DNA of 64,000 nt, taken from the NCBI GenBank assembly GCA_963662465.1, contig OY759599.1:7776001-7840000 (forward strand), written 5' to 3'. The translations under genes and the position numbers were made by a program. Positions 29,127 to 38,191 of this stretch are shown one piece after another (the first letter of the stretch is position 1; the number at the start of each line of letters is the position of its first letter). Under the pieces are notes generated by a model, which worked only from the letters and a program-made list of their open reading frames with translations, was not told the origin of the DNA and did no database searches. The DNA is from Desulfatiglandales bacterium (GTDB lineage Bacteria; Desulfobacterota; DSM-4660; Desulfatiglandales; Desulfatiglandaceae).

Positions 29127-32100
29127 ATGAAAAGGAATTTTGTGCAGAGGCTACCGGTCTCATTGATGTTCATTCTGCTGCTGCTTTTGTTTCACTCAAC
29201 CGGATATGCCACCATGGGAGGCGAAAACGGTACCAGCGGCGTCAACAAGACCGTTTCCAATGATGTGAAAAGCGGCGACCCCATCTATACGGGCAGCGGC
29301 TCGGTGGACTTCCGAATGCCACTTCTGGATTGCAGGGGGTTGATGGGACTCTCCTTCACCTTTATCTATAACCGTGCCATTGACAACTGGTGGGGAGGAC
29401 CGGGCATTTATTTTCCCACCCACAACGACAATAGCAACGGCCCTACGAACTATTTCTGGTTCACCCCCTATTCGGCGGGGGCCATGTGGCATGAGCCGGA
29501 AGACATCCACCTTCCTTCCGGCGACTCGGCTTCTTTCAAGTTGAACGGCACGGTCTATGAACTCATCGAAAACGATCAATTTGATTACAAGGAAAACGGT
29601 TCCGTCATAAAATTTGCCGCCAAGGCGACTTACAGTCCTGATCGGTTCTGGGTCATGGATCCTGTAAGGGAACAGGTCCATGTCTATGAGTTGTACGGCC
29701 GCGGCAAACTCCTCTATACCCTTGACCGGAACGGAAATAAACTCTCCTATACCTATCGCCTGGATAATCGCCTGGATGAAATTTCGGACGGACTGGGCAG
29801 GAAATTCAGTTTCACCTATACCACGGTGGGGAGCAAGACATATCTTGAAACCGTATCGGACCAAACGGAACCCGACAATCCCCGCACCGTCGCTTTTGCC
29901 TATGAGGAGTCCGCCCCGGACATGGGGAATCTCCATGCTCTCCGCTCCATCACGGATGCTCTTGGTAATACCTACACCCTTCGCTGGCAGGGGGTGACCT
30001 CTGGAAGCAACACCTATTACGATAATCTGGTCAAAGTGGAAAACCCAAAAGGTCCGACTTATTTCCACGGGGAAAACACCTGGGATTATACGGGTTATAA
30101 AAATGCCCAGGGGGATGCCCGTTCCGGTATCAAGGTGGTCAACCAGAAAGATCCCTACGACAACGAAACCACGTTCGCTTACAACTACACCCCCTACTAT
30201 ACACAGGAAACCACGCCTGACGACAGTGTCCGCAAATACTATCACAACAACGCCCACGTGCCGCCGAGCCGGATCAACGATCCCACGGGAAAAGATATGA
30301 ATTTCACCAAGGATGCCAATAACCGTTTGACTTCGGTGACCGACCGCATGGTCGACACCACAACGGTTTCTTATCACGCGGAGACCGGGAAAGTCACGTC
30401 CATGCTCAACAACAAAGGCGATACCATCACCTATACCTACGTGCCGCAGAATCAGACCTTTGCCGATCCCGATACCCCGGCAAACACGGCGGAATTCACC
30501 TTTTACAACCTCACCCGGATCGATTACCCGGACGGCACAAACGAACAATTCACCTATGACGCCAGAGGCAATAGGCTCACCCGAACGGACCGAAACGGAA
30601 AGACCCGGACCTACACCTACAATGATAGGGGACAGGTCCTGACGATCACCAATCCTTTGGGCGGCGTGACCACCTACACCTACAACGCCGATGCCACCCC
30701 GGCATCCGCCACCAATTCGGACACGGGGACCACCACCTATGAATACGATGCCTATAAGCGCCTGAAAAAGATCATTCATCCCAATACGACCTTTGTGCAA
30801 ATGGCCTACGACCTGAACACTCGGATAACCTCCGTGACCGATGAGCTGGACCATGTCTACACCTACGCCTATGACGCCAACGGCAATCTGATATCAATCA
30901 CCGATCCCGCCAACAAGGCATCGCAGTATGCCCATGATCTCATGGACCGGGTAAATGAATTCACCAACCGGCTGGGAAAAAAGAGCCAATTGGCCTACGA
31001 CAACATGAATCGTCTGAAATCCGCCACGGATCCCAACGGAAACAAGACCCAATACGCCTACAACTCCCGCGGCTGGATGGACCGGGTCACGGACGCGGCG
31101 AACAAGGTGTGGCAAACCGGGTATGACGATGAAGGGCTCAGCGTCTCCCGAACCACGCCCCTTAATCTCACCACCACCATCACCCGCGACAAGCTGGGGT
31201 ATGTCACGGGCGTGACCGATCCCCTGGACCAGACTACAACCCTCACCCGGGACACCATGAGCCGGATCACCGCCTTCACGAACCCCATGGGCAGACAGAC
31301 GACCTACGGGTATGATGGAAACGAGCTTTTGACCTCCGTCACACTGCCGGTGGTTGGAACGGCTCAATACACTCGGAACGACCTGGGGCTGTTGAGCAAT
31401 ATACAGGATCTCAAGGGGAGCCACTGGACATTCGCCCATACGGACATGGGCAGGCTCGCGTCCATGACCGATCCTCTGACAAACCAGTGGCAGTATGCCT
31501 ATGACCCGCGAGGCCGACTCAACCGGGTGACCTACCCGGGCGGCGCCACCCAGACCCGAACCCTGGATGCCGCGAACAATGTCACGGCCGTGACCTATTC
31601 CGAAGGTCCCACCCTTAATTACACCTATGACGAACTGAACCGCCTGCTGACGGCCGACAGCATCGCCTTTACCTACAACGACACCGGTCAAGTCACGGCC
31701 ACCACCAATCCGGGGACGACTTTCGGGGCCACCTATGACGACGGTGGGCGTATCCTGACCGCTACCTACGCCGGTCTTTTCAGTGCGACCTATGAATACG
31801 ACAGCCGAAACCGCCTGAGCCGGGTGAGCGATTCCCTGACCAGTACCGCTGTCCAGTTCACCCATGACGACGATGGAAGGCTCACGGCCATCACCCGGTC
31901 CAGCGGGGCAAATACCGCCTTCACTCTGGATGACGCCTCGTGCATCACCCGTATTCAGCATGGCGCCCTGGCTGATCTCCAGTACGCCTACAACGGGGCG
32001 GGGGAAGTTACCCGCGTGGATTATGACCTCCCCCTGGACCCGGCCGATTACCTGACAGGCGAAACGGACACCTTCACCCACGATGCCGCAAGCCGGGTCA

Positions 32101-33329
32101 ATACTACCGGCTACACTTATGACGCCAGGGGTCGGTTGATCGCATCCCCCCGCAACACCTTTTCCTGGGACGGTGCCACCCGGCTGACATCCACTTCTGA
32201 TGCCACCCTCACCTACAACGGCCTGAACGACCTCCTGACCCGGGAAGCAAACGGCACCACGCTGCACGGCTATTACAACTACGCCCTGGGTCTGAAACCG
32301 ATGGTGGCCGAGAAAAACGACGACACGACCGCATGGGTGCGGTTTTATGTCCTGACCCCGGGCGGCCGACTTCTTTATATGATCGATGCCGCCGACGGCA
32401 ATAAGGTCTATTTTTACCATTTTGACAAAATGGGCAATACCCTGTTTTTGACCGATGCATCGGGAACCATCACCGACAAATACGCCTACAGCCCCTACGG
32501 CAAACTCCTGGCCCATGAAGGAAGCAATGATCAGCCCTTTACCTTTGTGGGGGCCTGGCAGATACGGCAGGAGGGAAACGCCGGTCTCTATCAGATGCGG
32601 GCAAGATATTATGATGCGGTCACGGCCCGGTTTATCTCCAGGGAGTCCCTGTGGCCCAGGGTTGGCAGGCCAATAGCATTGAATCCGTACCAATATGCGG
32701 CCCTGAATCCCCTGAAGTATGCGGACAGAACAGGGAATGATTTCGGGGAACCGAACAACGATATCTTCGAATTTGGGGAAGGCGAAATCTGGGGAGAAAC
32801 AGCAAACGGAGGTAACTTATTAGGGGCACCGGATAACGATCTCCATGAGTTTGCTGACCATGCCAATACTTGGAGAGATTTGGACGACGGAGGCAGCTTA
32901 GGGGTACCGGATAACGATATGTGGGAATATGAAGAAAAGGAAGATAGTTGGGGGGAAGTGGCAAGCGGAGGCAGCTTAGAGGCACCGGATAACGATATGT
33001 GGGAATATGGCGAAGATGATAATACCTGGCAGAAGGTGCCGGGAGGCAGCCTGGGGGTACCGAAGAATGACCTGTGGATATATGGACAGGGTGGAACATC
33101 GTTTCAGAAAGTGGGCGGAGGTGGTTTAGAAGTACCAAAAAATGATTTGTGGGAATATGGCGAAGATGATAATACCTGGCAGAGGGTGCCCGCCCGCCAC
33201 CTGGGGAAACGCAAGGCGGCAAAGAAGCTAAGCAAAAAACTGCCCAAGAGCAACAGAATCGGTATCCATACCCGTTGGAAAGGTTCTGCCCACTCATTGA
33301 AATTGAAGCCACTGCGTTTACACCGCTAA
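29127..33329 (+). CDS. Secreted RHS/YD-repeat protein with a repetitive C-terminal extension
   Basis: Signal peptide, GDPI motif, many YD repeats, RHS core (GLYQMRARYYDAVTARFISRE...LNPYQYAALNPLKYADRTG). Confidence 0.92.
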   Translation: MKRNFVQRLPVSLMFILLLLLFHSTGYATMGGENGTSGVNKTVSNDVKSGDPIYTGSGSVDFRMPLLDCRGLMGLSFTFIYNRAIDNWWGGPGIYFPTHNDNSNGPTNYFWFTPYSAGAMWHEPEDIHLPSGDSASFKLNGTVYELIENDQFDYKENGSVIKFAAKATYSPDRFWVMDPVREQVHVYELYGRGKLLYTLDRNGNKLSYTYRLDNRLDEISDGLGRKFSFTYTTVGSKTYLETVSDQTEPDNPRTVAFAYEESAPDMGNLHALRSITDALGNTYTLRWQGVTSGSNTYYDNLVKVENPKGPTYFHGENTWDYTGYKNAQGDARSGIKVVNQKDPYDNETTFAYNYTPYYTQETTPDDSVRKYYHNNAHVPPSRINDPTGKDMNFTKDANNRLTSVTDRMVDTTTVSYHAETGKVTSMLNNKGDTITYTYVPQNQTFADPDTPANTAEFTFYNLTRIDYPDGTNEQFTYDARGNRLTRTDRNGKTRTYTYNDRGQVLTITNPLGGVTTYTYNADATPASATNSDTGTTTYEYDAYKRLKKIIHPNTTFVQMAYDLNTRITSVTDELDHVYTYAYDANGNLISITDPANKASQYAHDLMDRVNEFTNRLGKKSQLAYDNMNRLKSATDPNGNKTQYAYNSRGWMDRVTDAANKVWQTGYDDEGLSVSRTTPLNLTTTITRDKLGYVTGVTDPLDQTTTLTRDTMSRITAFTNPMGRQTTYGYDGNELLTSVTLPVVGTAQYTRNDLGLLSNIQDLKGSHWTFAHTDMGRLASMTDPLTNQWQYAYDPRGRLNRVTYPGGATQTRTLDAANNVTAVTYSEGPTLNYTYDELNRLLTADSIAFTYNDTGQVTATTNPGTTFGATYDDGGRILTATYAGLFSATYEYDSRNRLSRVSDSLTSTAVQFTHDDDGRLTAITRSSGANTAFTLDDASCITRIQHGALADLQYAYNGAGEVTRVDYDLPLDPADYLTGETDTFTHDAASRVNTTGYTYDARGRLIASPRNTFSWDGATRLTSTSDATLTYNGLNDLLTREANGTTLHGYYNYALGLKPMVAEKNDDTTAWVRFYVLTPGGRLLYMIDAADGNKVYFYHFDKMGNTLFLTDASGTITDKYAYSPYGKLLAHEGSNDQPFTFVGAWQIRQEGNAGLYQMRARYYDAVTARFISRESLWPRVGRPIALNPYQYAALNPLKYADRTGNDFGEPNNDIFEFGEGEIWGETANGGNLLGAPDNDLHEFADHANTWRDLDDGGSLGVPDNDMWEYEEKEDSWGEVASGGSLEAPDNDMWEYGEDDNTWQKVPGGSLGVPKNDLWIYGQGGTSFQKVGGGGLEVPKNDLWEYGEDDNTWQRVPARHLGKRKAAKKLSKKLPKSNRIGIHTRWKGSAHSLKLKPLRLHR
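32742..33190 (+). repeat. Six ~25-aa coding repeats in the RHS C-terminus
   Basis: Consensus LGVPDNDMWEYGEDDNTWQKVPGGS; 33001-33040 and 33151-33190 are nearly identical DNA. Confidence 0.9.
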
Positions 33330-33398
33330 AGCCCCTGGCGCCATGCGGTCCGCAAGTATGTAAAATGATAACATCACATGAAGGGGGGTAACACGATC

Positions 33399-34088
33399 AT
33401 GAAAACAATAATAACGGTAATGATTGCCTCGCTTTTAAGCCTTTTTATTTGGGCTTCCGCTTTTGCCGGAACCATTCAATACACCTACGACAACGCCGGC
33501 CGCTTGACCGGGGCCGACTACGGAAGCAGCAGAACCATTCAATATACCTACGACAACAACGGGAATCTCTTGACGCGAAACGTATCGGTCCCGGCGACCG
33601 AGTATACTATCACGGTGAGCGCGGACCCGGCGGCAGGCGGCACGGTGTCAGGCGGCGGAACGTACGACAAGGATGCTCAGGTGACGGTTATTGCCTCGGC
33701 GAAAGCCGGCTACAGTTTTTTGAAATGGACGGAAGCCGACACGGAAGTTTCCTCCGACAGCACGTATACATTTTCCGTCACAAGGGCGCGGACCCTCTCG
33801 GCGCAATTCAAAAATACCCTCTATGTGAGTTCCGGTAACTGCGGGGGGCTTAGCCCCTGTTATCACACCATCAATGATGCGATCAGCCAGGCACCGGACG
33901 ATGCCCTCATCAAAGTAGCCGCGGAAATCTTTTCGGGGGATGCGACGGTGGATGCCGGGAAAATTCTGACCATTATTTGGGGGTATAACTCGAATTTCAG
34001 CGCCATCACGGGCGCCACCCAGATTGAGGGTCGCTTCACCGCAAAAAACAAAACGATTATCCGTGGCGGCACGATTCGGGCAAAGTAG
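33399..34088 (+). CDS. Secreted protein with two YD repeats, an InlB-B/Flg_new-like domain and an unknown C-terminal domain
   Basis: Signal peptide ending AFA, YTYDNAGRLT and YTYDNNGNLL, YTITVSADPAAGGTVSGGGTY...GYSFLKW. Confidence 0.75.
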   Translation: MKTIITVMIASLLSLFIWASAFAGTIQYTYDNAGRLTGADYGSSRTIQYTYDNNGNLLTRNVSVPATEYTITVSADPAAGGTVSGGGTYDKDAQVTVIASAKAGYSFLKWTEADTEVSSDSTYTFSVTRARTLSAQFKNTLYVSSGNCGGLSPCYHTINDAISQAPDDALIKVAAEIFSGDATVDAGKILTIIWGYNSNFSAITGATQIEGRFTAKNKTIIRGGTIRAK

Positions 34089-34318
34089 GCTGTACGGTTA
34101 CAAGATTTGTTTTTGAGCGGATAGATACAATGTCCGTGGTAATCATGCCATTGCGCTTGGAATGAATTCCACGGTTGTGAGAACAATTAATTCGAGCGAA
34201 GTAGGGTTGGACCATTAGTTCCATGGCATGTCTTAAAAACACTGATGATAAAGAAAATCATAACAATATTTCAGTATATGGTAAATTACTTGCAAATGCA
34301 TTGTTACTGGAGCAGATC

Positions 34319-34792
34319 ATGAATCAAGAAATTTTAAAAAATATGGCCCATATGACGTATGGGATTTACATCCTGACCACGCGGTTTGAAAATGTCATGA
34401 ATGGCATGATCGCCTCCTGGGCGAGCCAGGTTTCCTACGACCCACCGCTGGTTATGGCGGCAATCCACCCCCACCGCTATTCTCACGAGTTGCTGGTGCA
34501 AAGCGGTCATTTTGCACTGCACATCCTTTCCAGGGAACAAAAAGACCTTTTGGCCCGTTTCAAAGGGCCGCTTGCCGGCCAAAAATTTGAATCCATTGCC
34601 TGGGAAGAAGGCATAACCGGATGTCCGATCCTGGGAGACTGCATTGGTTGCATGGAGTGCCGTATTATTCAGCGCCTGGCGCCGGGTAACCATACACTGT
34701 TCGTCGGAGAGGTGGTGAATGCTGTTTTCAACGGGGAGAAAACGCCGCTTTGCACTTTGGATTACGAAGGCTGTTATCTGGGTAAAGCTTAA
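34319..34792 (+). CDS. Flavin reductase family protein
   Basis: TYGIYILTT, NGMIASWASQVSYDPP, GNHTLFVGEVV. Confidence 0.88.
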   Translation: MNQEILKNMAHMTYGIYILTTRFENVMNGMIASWASQVSYDPPLVMAAIHPHRYSHELLVQSGHFALHILSREQKDLLARFKGPLAGQKFESIAWEEGITGCPILGDCIGCMECRIIQRLAPGNHTLFVGEVVNAVFNGEKTPLCTLDYEGCYLGKA

Positions 34793-34817
34793 AGCTTAAA
34801 ACGTAAAACGTAAAACC

Positions 34818-34846
34818 GTGCCTGAACGAGGTTTTCGTTCAGGCAC
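34818..34846. terminator. 12-bp-stem hairpin between convergent genes (probable terminator)
   Basis: GTGCCTGAACGA-GGTTT-TCGTTCAGGCAC perfect inverted repeat. Confidence 0.7.
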
Positions 34847-34853
34847 TAATATT

Positions 34854-36452
34854 TTATATACTCTCAAAACAATGGGCAATATGCTCTTTTTCCAAGGGAC
34901 GGGAGAGCAGGCTCACGATGACGGTCACCACCAGGGATATGGGAAGGCCGATCAATATGGGATCCACCACGGGCCAGGGATCCGCGGAAATCAAAAAGGG
35001 TTTTCCGAACAGGGCTTTGCAGATTCCCAAAGGGGCCGCTTCCTTTGCATGGACGAAGAAAAGCCAGAACAGGGCGCTGAACGTGCCGACCACCATGCCG
35101 GCGGTGGCGCCGGCCCGGGTAATCCCTTTCCAATAGATGCCGAGCATAAACATGGGTAGAAATGCTGCGGCGGCAATGCCGAAAAACATGGCCGTGGCCC
35201 TGGCCACAATGCTGATGGGCAGTTGATATCCCAAAATGAGGCTCATGATGATCCCGATCACAATCCCGATTCGAACAAACAAAATCGTATGTTTTGATGT
35301 GGATGCCGTACTCTTTTTCTTGCTGATCTGCTCATAGATGTCTTTCCCCAAAGCCGTGCCCATGGAATGGAAAAGGTTGGAGAGTGTGGAGATCCCGGCG
35401 GCGAGAAGGGTCACCATAAATACATAGGCGAACCATTCGGGCATGGCGGATTTGATGTAAAGGGGAATGATTTTATCAAAGTTTCCGGCCACCGCCGCCA
35501 GGGCCGTTTTGCCTTCCGTATTCATAAAATGGACATTGGAAAGCGCCCCCACAATAAAGGCGACCCCCGTCATGGCAAAAATGAAAACCCCGCCCACCAG
35601 ACAGGCCCGGTTGAGGGATTTTCCGCTTTTAACCGTCATGAATTTAACCGCCAGTTGCGGTTGGGCCAATGTGCCGATACCCACGCCCATGATCAGGGTG
35701 GAAACCAGCACCCACCACAGGTTGGAACCGAACACGGGCATTTGGGTCCACCCCTGATGTCCCATGGCCTTGAGTTTTTCGGGAACCATGGCGGCCATAT
35801 CGGAAAGGGCGCTGTGCGCCTCGGTCACCCCGCCTAACTTCATGTAGGTAAAAATAAGGAGAAAAACCATGCCGAAAAACATGATGCTTCCTTGAAGGGC
35901 GTCTGAATACATGACCCCTTTAATGCCTCCCGTCGTCACATAGACGGCGATCAGGGCGGTAAAGATAATCAGAGATGTGGTGTAGTTGAGGTTGAGAGCG
36001 GTTTCCAGAAAACGCGCGGCCCCGATGAGGACTGCGCCGGCATACAGGGGCATGAAAATAAAAATGATCATGGCGCTGAACATGTGGATGAAAGAGGAAT
36101 TATACCGTTTTCCCATCAGTTCAGGCAATGTCATGGCGTTCAGGTTGTTGCCCATGGTGCGGGTCCGTTTTCCAAAAAACACAAAGGCGATGAAAACCCC
36201 CACAAAGATGGTAAAAAACGTTAGCCAGAGAAGTCCCATTCCAAAAACGCCCGCGGCGCCCCCGAATCCGATAATGGCGGAAGTGCTGATAAAGGCGGCG
36301 CCGTAGGACATGGCCATCACAAAGGGGTTCACATTCCCGCCGGCTAAAATATAATCCCCGGCGGATTGGGTACTCCGGTATCCCAGATACCCCATCAGGG
36401 CGATCATGGCTACATATACAAAAATAATGCTGTTTAATAATGTATAATTCAT
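34854..36452 (-). CDS. Sodium:solute symporter (SSS) family protein
   Basis: Many hydrophobic helices; GGIKGVMYSDALQG, QPQLAVKF, LLAAGISTL. Confidence 0.92.
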   Translation of the reverse strand: MNYTLLNSIIFVYVAMIALMGYLGYRSTQSAGDYILAGGNVNPFVMAMSYGAAFISTSAIIGFGGAAGVFGMGLLWLTFFTIFVGVFIAFVFFGKRTRTMGNNLNAMTLPELMGKRYNSSFIHMFSAMIIFIFMPLYAGAVLIGAARFLETALNLNYTTSLIIFTALIAVYVTTGGIKGVMYSDALQGSIMFFGMVFLLIFTYMKLGGVTEAHSALSDMAAMVPEKLKAMGHQGWTQMPVFGSNLWWVLVSTLIMGVGIGTLAQPQLAVKFMTVKSGKSLNRACLVGGVFIFAMTGVAFIVGALSNVHFMNTEGKTALAAVAGNFDKIIPLYIKSAMPEWFAYVFMVTLLAAGISTLSNLFHSMGTALGKDIYEQISKKKSTASTSKHTILFVRIGIVIGIIMSLILGYQLPISIVARATAMFFGIAAAAFLPMFMLGIYWKGITRAGATAGMVVGTFSALFWLFFVHAKEAAPLGICKALFGKPFLISADPWPVVDPILIGLPISLVVTVIVSLLSRPLEKEHIAHCFESI

Positions 36453-36530
36453 TTAATATTTGTCTCCTTGGATCATTATGGGAAATGTCAGCCTCAAAAG
36501 GGGCACAGGTTTCCACCGGGTGATTGAAAA

Positions 36531-36635
36531 TCAGTCTTTATTCCATTTAATGATGCCGTAAATCACACAAAGCAAAACACTGAGTGTTGTTAAAACATAA
36601 GCCGATAAAATCCATGGATCCGTCAGTCCGAACAT
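36531..36635 (-). CDS. Small SSS-symporter accessory membrane protein (34 aa; absent from the ORF track)
   Basis: MFGLTDPWILSAYVLTTLSVLLCVIYGIIKWNKD with an AGGAGG RBS, directly upstream of the symporter. Confidence 0.85.
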   Translation of the reverse strand: MFGLTDPWILSAYVLTTLSVLLCVIYGIIKWNKD

Positions 36636-36694
36636 AAAAATATCCCTCCTTTTTTGGAATTGACCCTCTAAATAGCGGATTGAACCCTGATAAG

Positions 36695-36711
36695 AGCAAA
36701 GAGCGCGCCAA
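36695..36711 (-). promoter_or_regulatory. Sigma54 (-24/-12) promoter for the symporter operon
   Basis: Minus strand TTGGCGCGCTCTTTGCT = GG-N10-GC, next to a sigma54 activator gene. Confidence 0.8.
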
Positions 36712-36795
36712 AACGGTATGCTTGACGCTTTAACGATTCATATCAATTGATTATCTCAGGTGATGTTAAAAACGACGGGCTTTTGGGATAAAACC

Positions 36796-36833
36796 TGTTT
36801 CAGTATGAAAAGGGGAACGTTCCAAAATGAAAA
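36796..36833. promoter_or_regulatory. Tandem putative enhancer (bEBP-binding) sites
   Basis: TGTTTCAGTATGAAAA and CGTTCCAAAATGAAAA, 22 bp apart, about 85-120 bp upstream of the sigma54 motif. Confidence 0.6.
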
Positions 36834-36839
36834 GGTCGA

Positions 36840-38180
36840 TCAGTTGATGGCGATGCCGTGGGATTTAATTTTTCTCCAAAGGGTGGTTCGCCCGATGCCC
36901 AGGTATCTGGCCACCCGACTCTGATTGCCGTCAAACTTTTGAAGGGCCGTGATGATGTGTTCCCGTTCCTGGTCGGCAAGACTGGAACAGTCCTTCGTGT
37001 CTTGGGACTTGCCAACCGGCAGAAGGCCGTGGATATCCTCCCCATTGACCCGATCTTTCTCGACGAGCAGGGTAAGCCTCTCCGCAAAATTTTCCAGTTC
37101 CCGGATGTTCCCCTTCCACTGCCGGGACGTTATGAGATCCAGGGCCCGTGAACTTAATGTCAAAGGGGGCTTGTGAAATTTTTCAGCAAACCGATGGAGG
37201 AAGGTCGTCATCAAAAGGGGAATATCTTCTTTTCGGCTCCGCAAGGGAGGAATATTGATTGGGACCACGCAAAGGCGAAAATAGAGATCTTCCCTGAAGT
37301 TGCCCCTGCTGATTTGGGAAATCAGATCGCGGTTTGTTGCCGCAATGATGCGAACGTCCACCGGTCGGGAAACAGTACTCCCCACGGGCATTACGACCCG
37401 TTCCTGGAGAACGCGCAGCAGCTTGATCTGCATGGCCTGGGGCATTTCGCCCACTTCATCCAGGAACAGGGTTCCCCGGTCGGCCGCAACAAAAAGCCCC
37501 TCCTTGTCCCGGGACGCCCCCGTGAAGCTTCCCTTCATGTACCCGAAGAGTTCGCTTTCAAGGAGGGTATCCGGAAAAGCCCCGCAGTTAACGGCCAAAA
37601 ATGGATGATGTTTTCGATGGCTTTTTTGGTGAACCGCTTTGGCAATGAGTTCTTTTCCCGTTCCCGATTCTCCCTGGATGAGGAGGGTGCTGTCCGTGGG
37701 CGCTACCTTGTCCACGAGGCGCAAAACCGCCATTATGGCTTTACCGCGGCCGATGATTTGTTCACGAGCGTCAGGATATTCAGTGTTTCGTGGGTCGTGT
37801 TCATGGTTTGTCGGGTTGTTCCGCCGCAGGGCGCGATCCACCTTTTGAAGAAACTCCTGGTTGGTGAAACCCTTTGTGATGTAATCAAAAGCCCCCGCCT
37901 TGATGGCGTCCACCGCATTCTCGATGGTGGCGTAGCCGGTCATAATGATCACCGGCGTCGAAGGTCGGCGTGCCTGGGTTGCCCGGAGGACCTCCATTCC
38001 CGCCAATGGGTTGCGCATTCGCAGATCGGTAATGACCAGATCAAAGGGCTCTCTACCCAGATGCTTCGCTGCTTCCGCCCCGTTTTGATCACAGGTTACC
38101 ACGTGCCCATGTCTTTTGAGCAAAATTGAAAGACTGGTTAAAATGGAAGGCTGATCGTCAATCAGCAGAATTCGGGCCAT
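36840..38180 (-). CDS. NtrC-family sigma54-dependent response regulator
   Basis: REC domain, GESGTGKE, ESELFGYMKGSFTGA, WKGNIREL, Fis-type HTH. Confidence 0.95.
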   Translation of the reverse strand: MARILLIDDQPSILTSLSILLKRHGHVVTCDQNGAEAAKHLGREPFDLVITDLRMRNPLAGMEVLRATQARRPSTPVIIMTGYATIENAVDAIKAGAFDYITKGFTNQEFLQKVDRALRRNNPTNHEHDPRNTEYPDAREQIIGRGKAIMAVLRLVDKVAPTDSTLLIQGESGTGKELIAKAVHQKSHRKHHPFLAVNCGAFPDTLLESELFGYMKGSFTGASRDKEGLFVAADRGTLFLDEVGEMPQAMQIKLLRVLQERVVMPVGSTVSRPVDVRIIAATNRDLISQISRGNFREDLYFRLCVVPINIPPLRSRKEDIPLLMTTFLHRFAEKFHKPPLTLSSRALDLITSRQWKGNIRELENFAERLTLLVEKDRVNGEDIHGLLPVGKSQDTKDCSSLADQEREHIITALQKFDGNQSRVARYLGIGRTTLWRKIKSHGIAIN

Positions 38181-38191
38181 TTTTTGGAACC

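Noticed and set aside
29196..32693. Long minus-strand ORFs (552 and 599 aa)
   Set aside because: Antisense shadows of the codon-biased RHS gene with no recognisable motifs
32742..33190. Regularly spaced repeats as a CRISPR array
   Set aside because: Units are in-frame coding repeats with codon-level divergence; no constant repeat with unique spacers and no cas genes in the window
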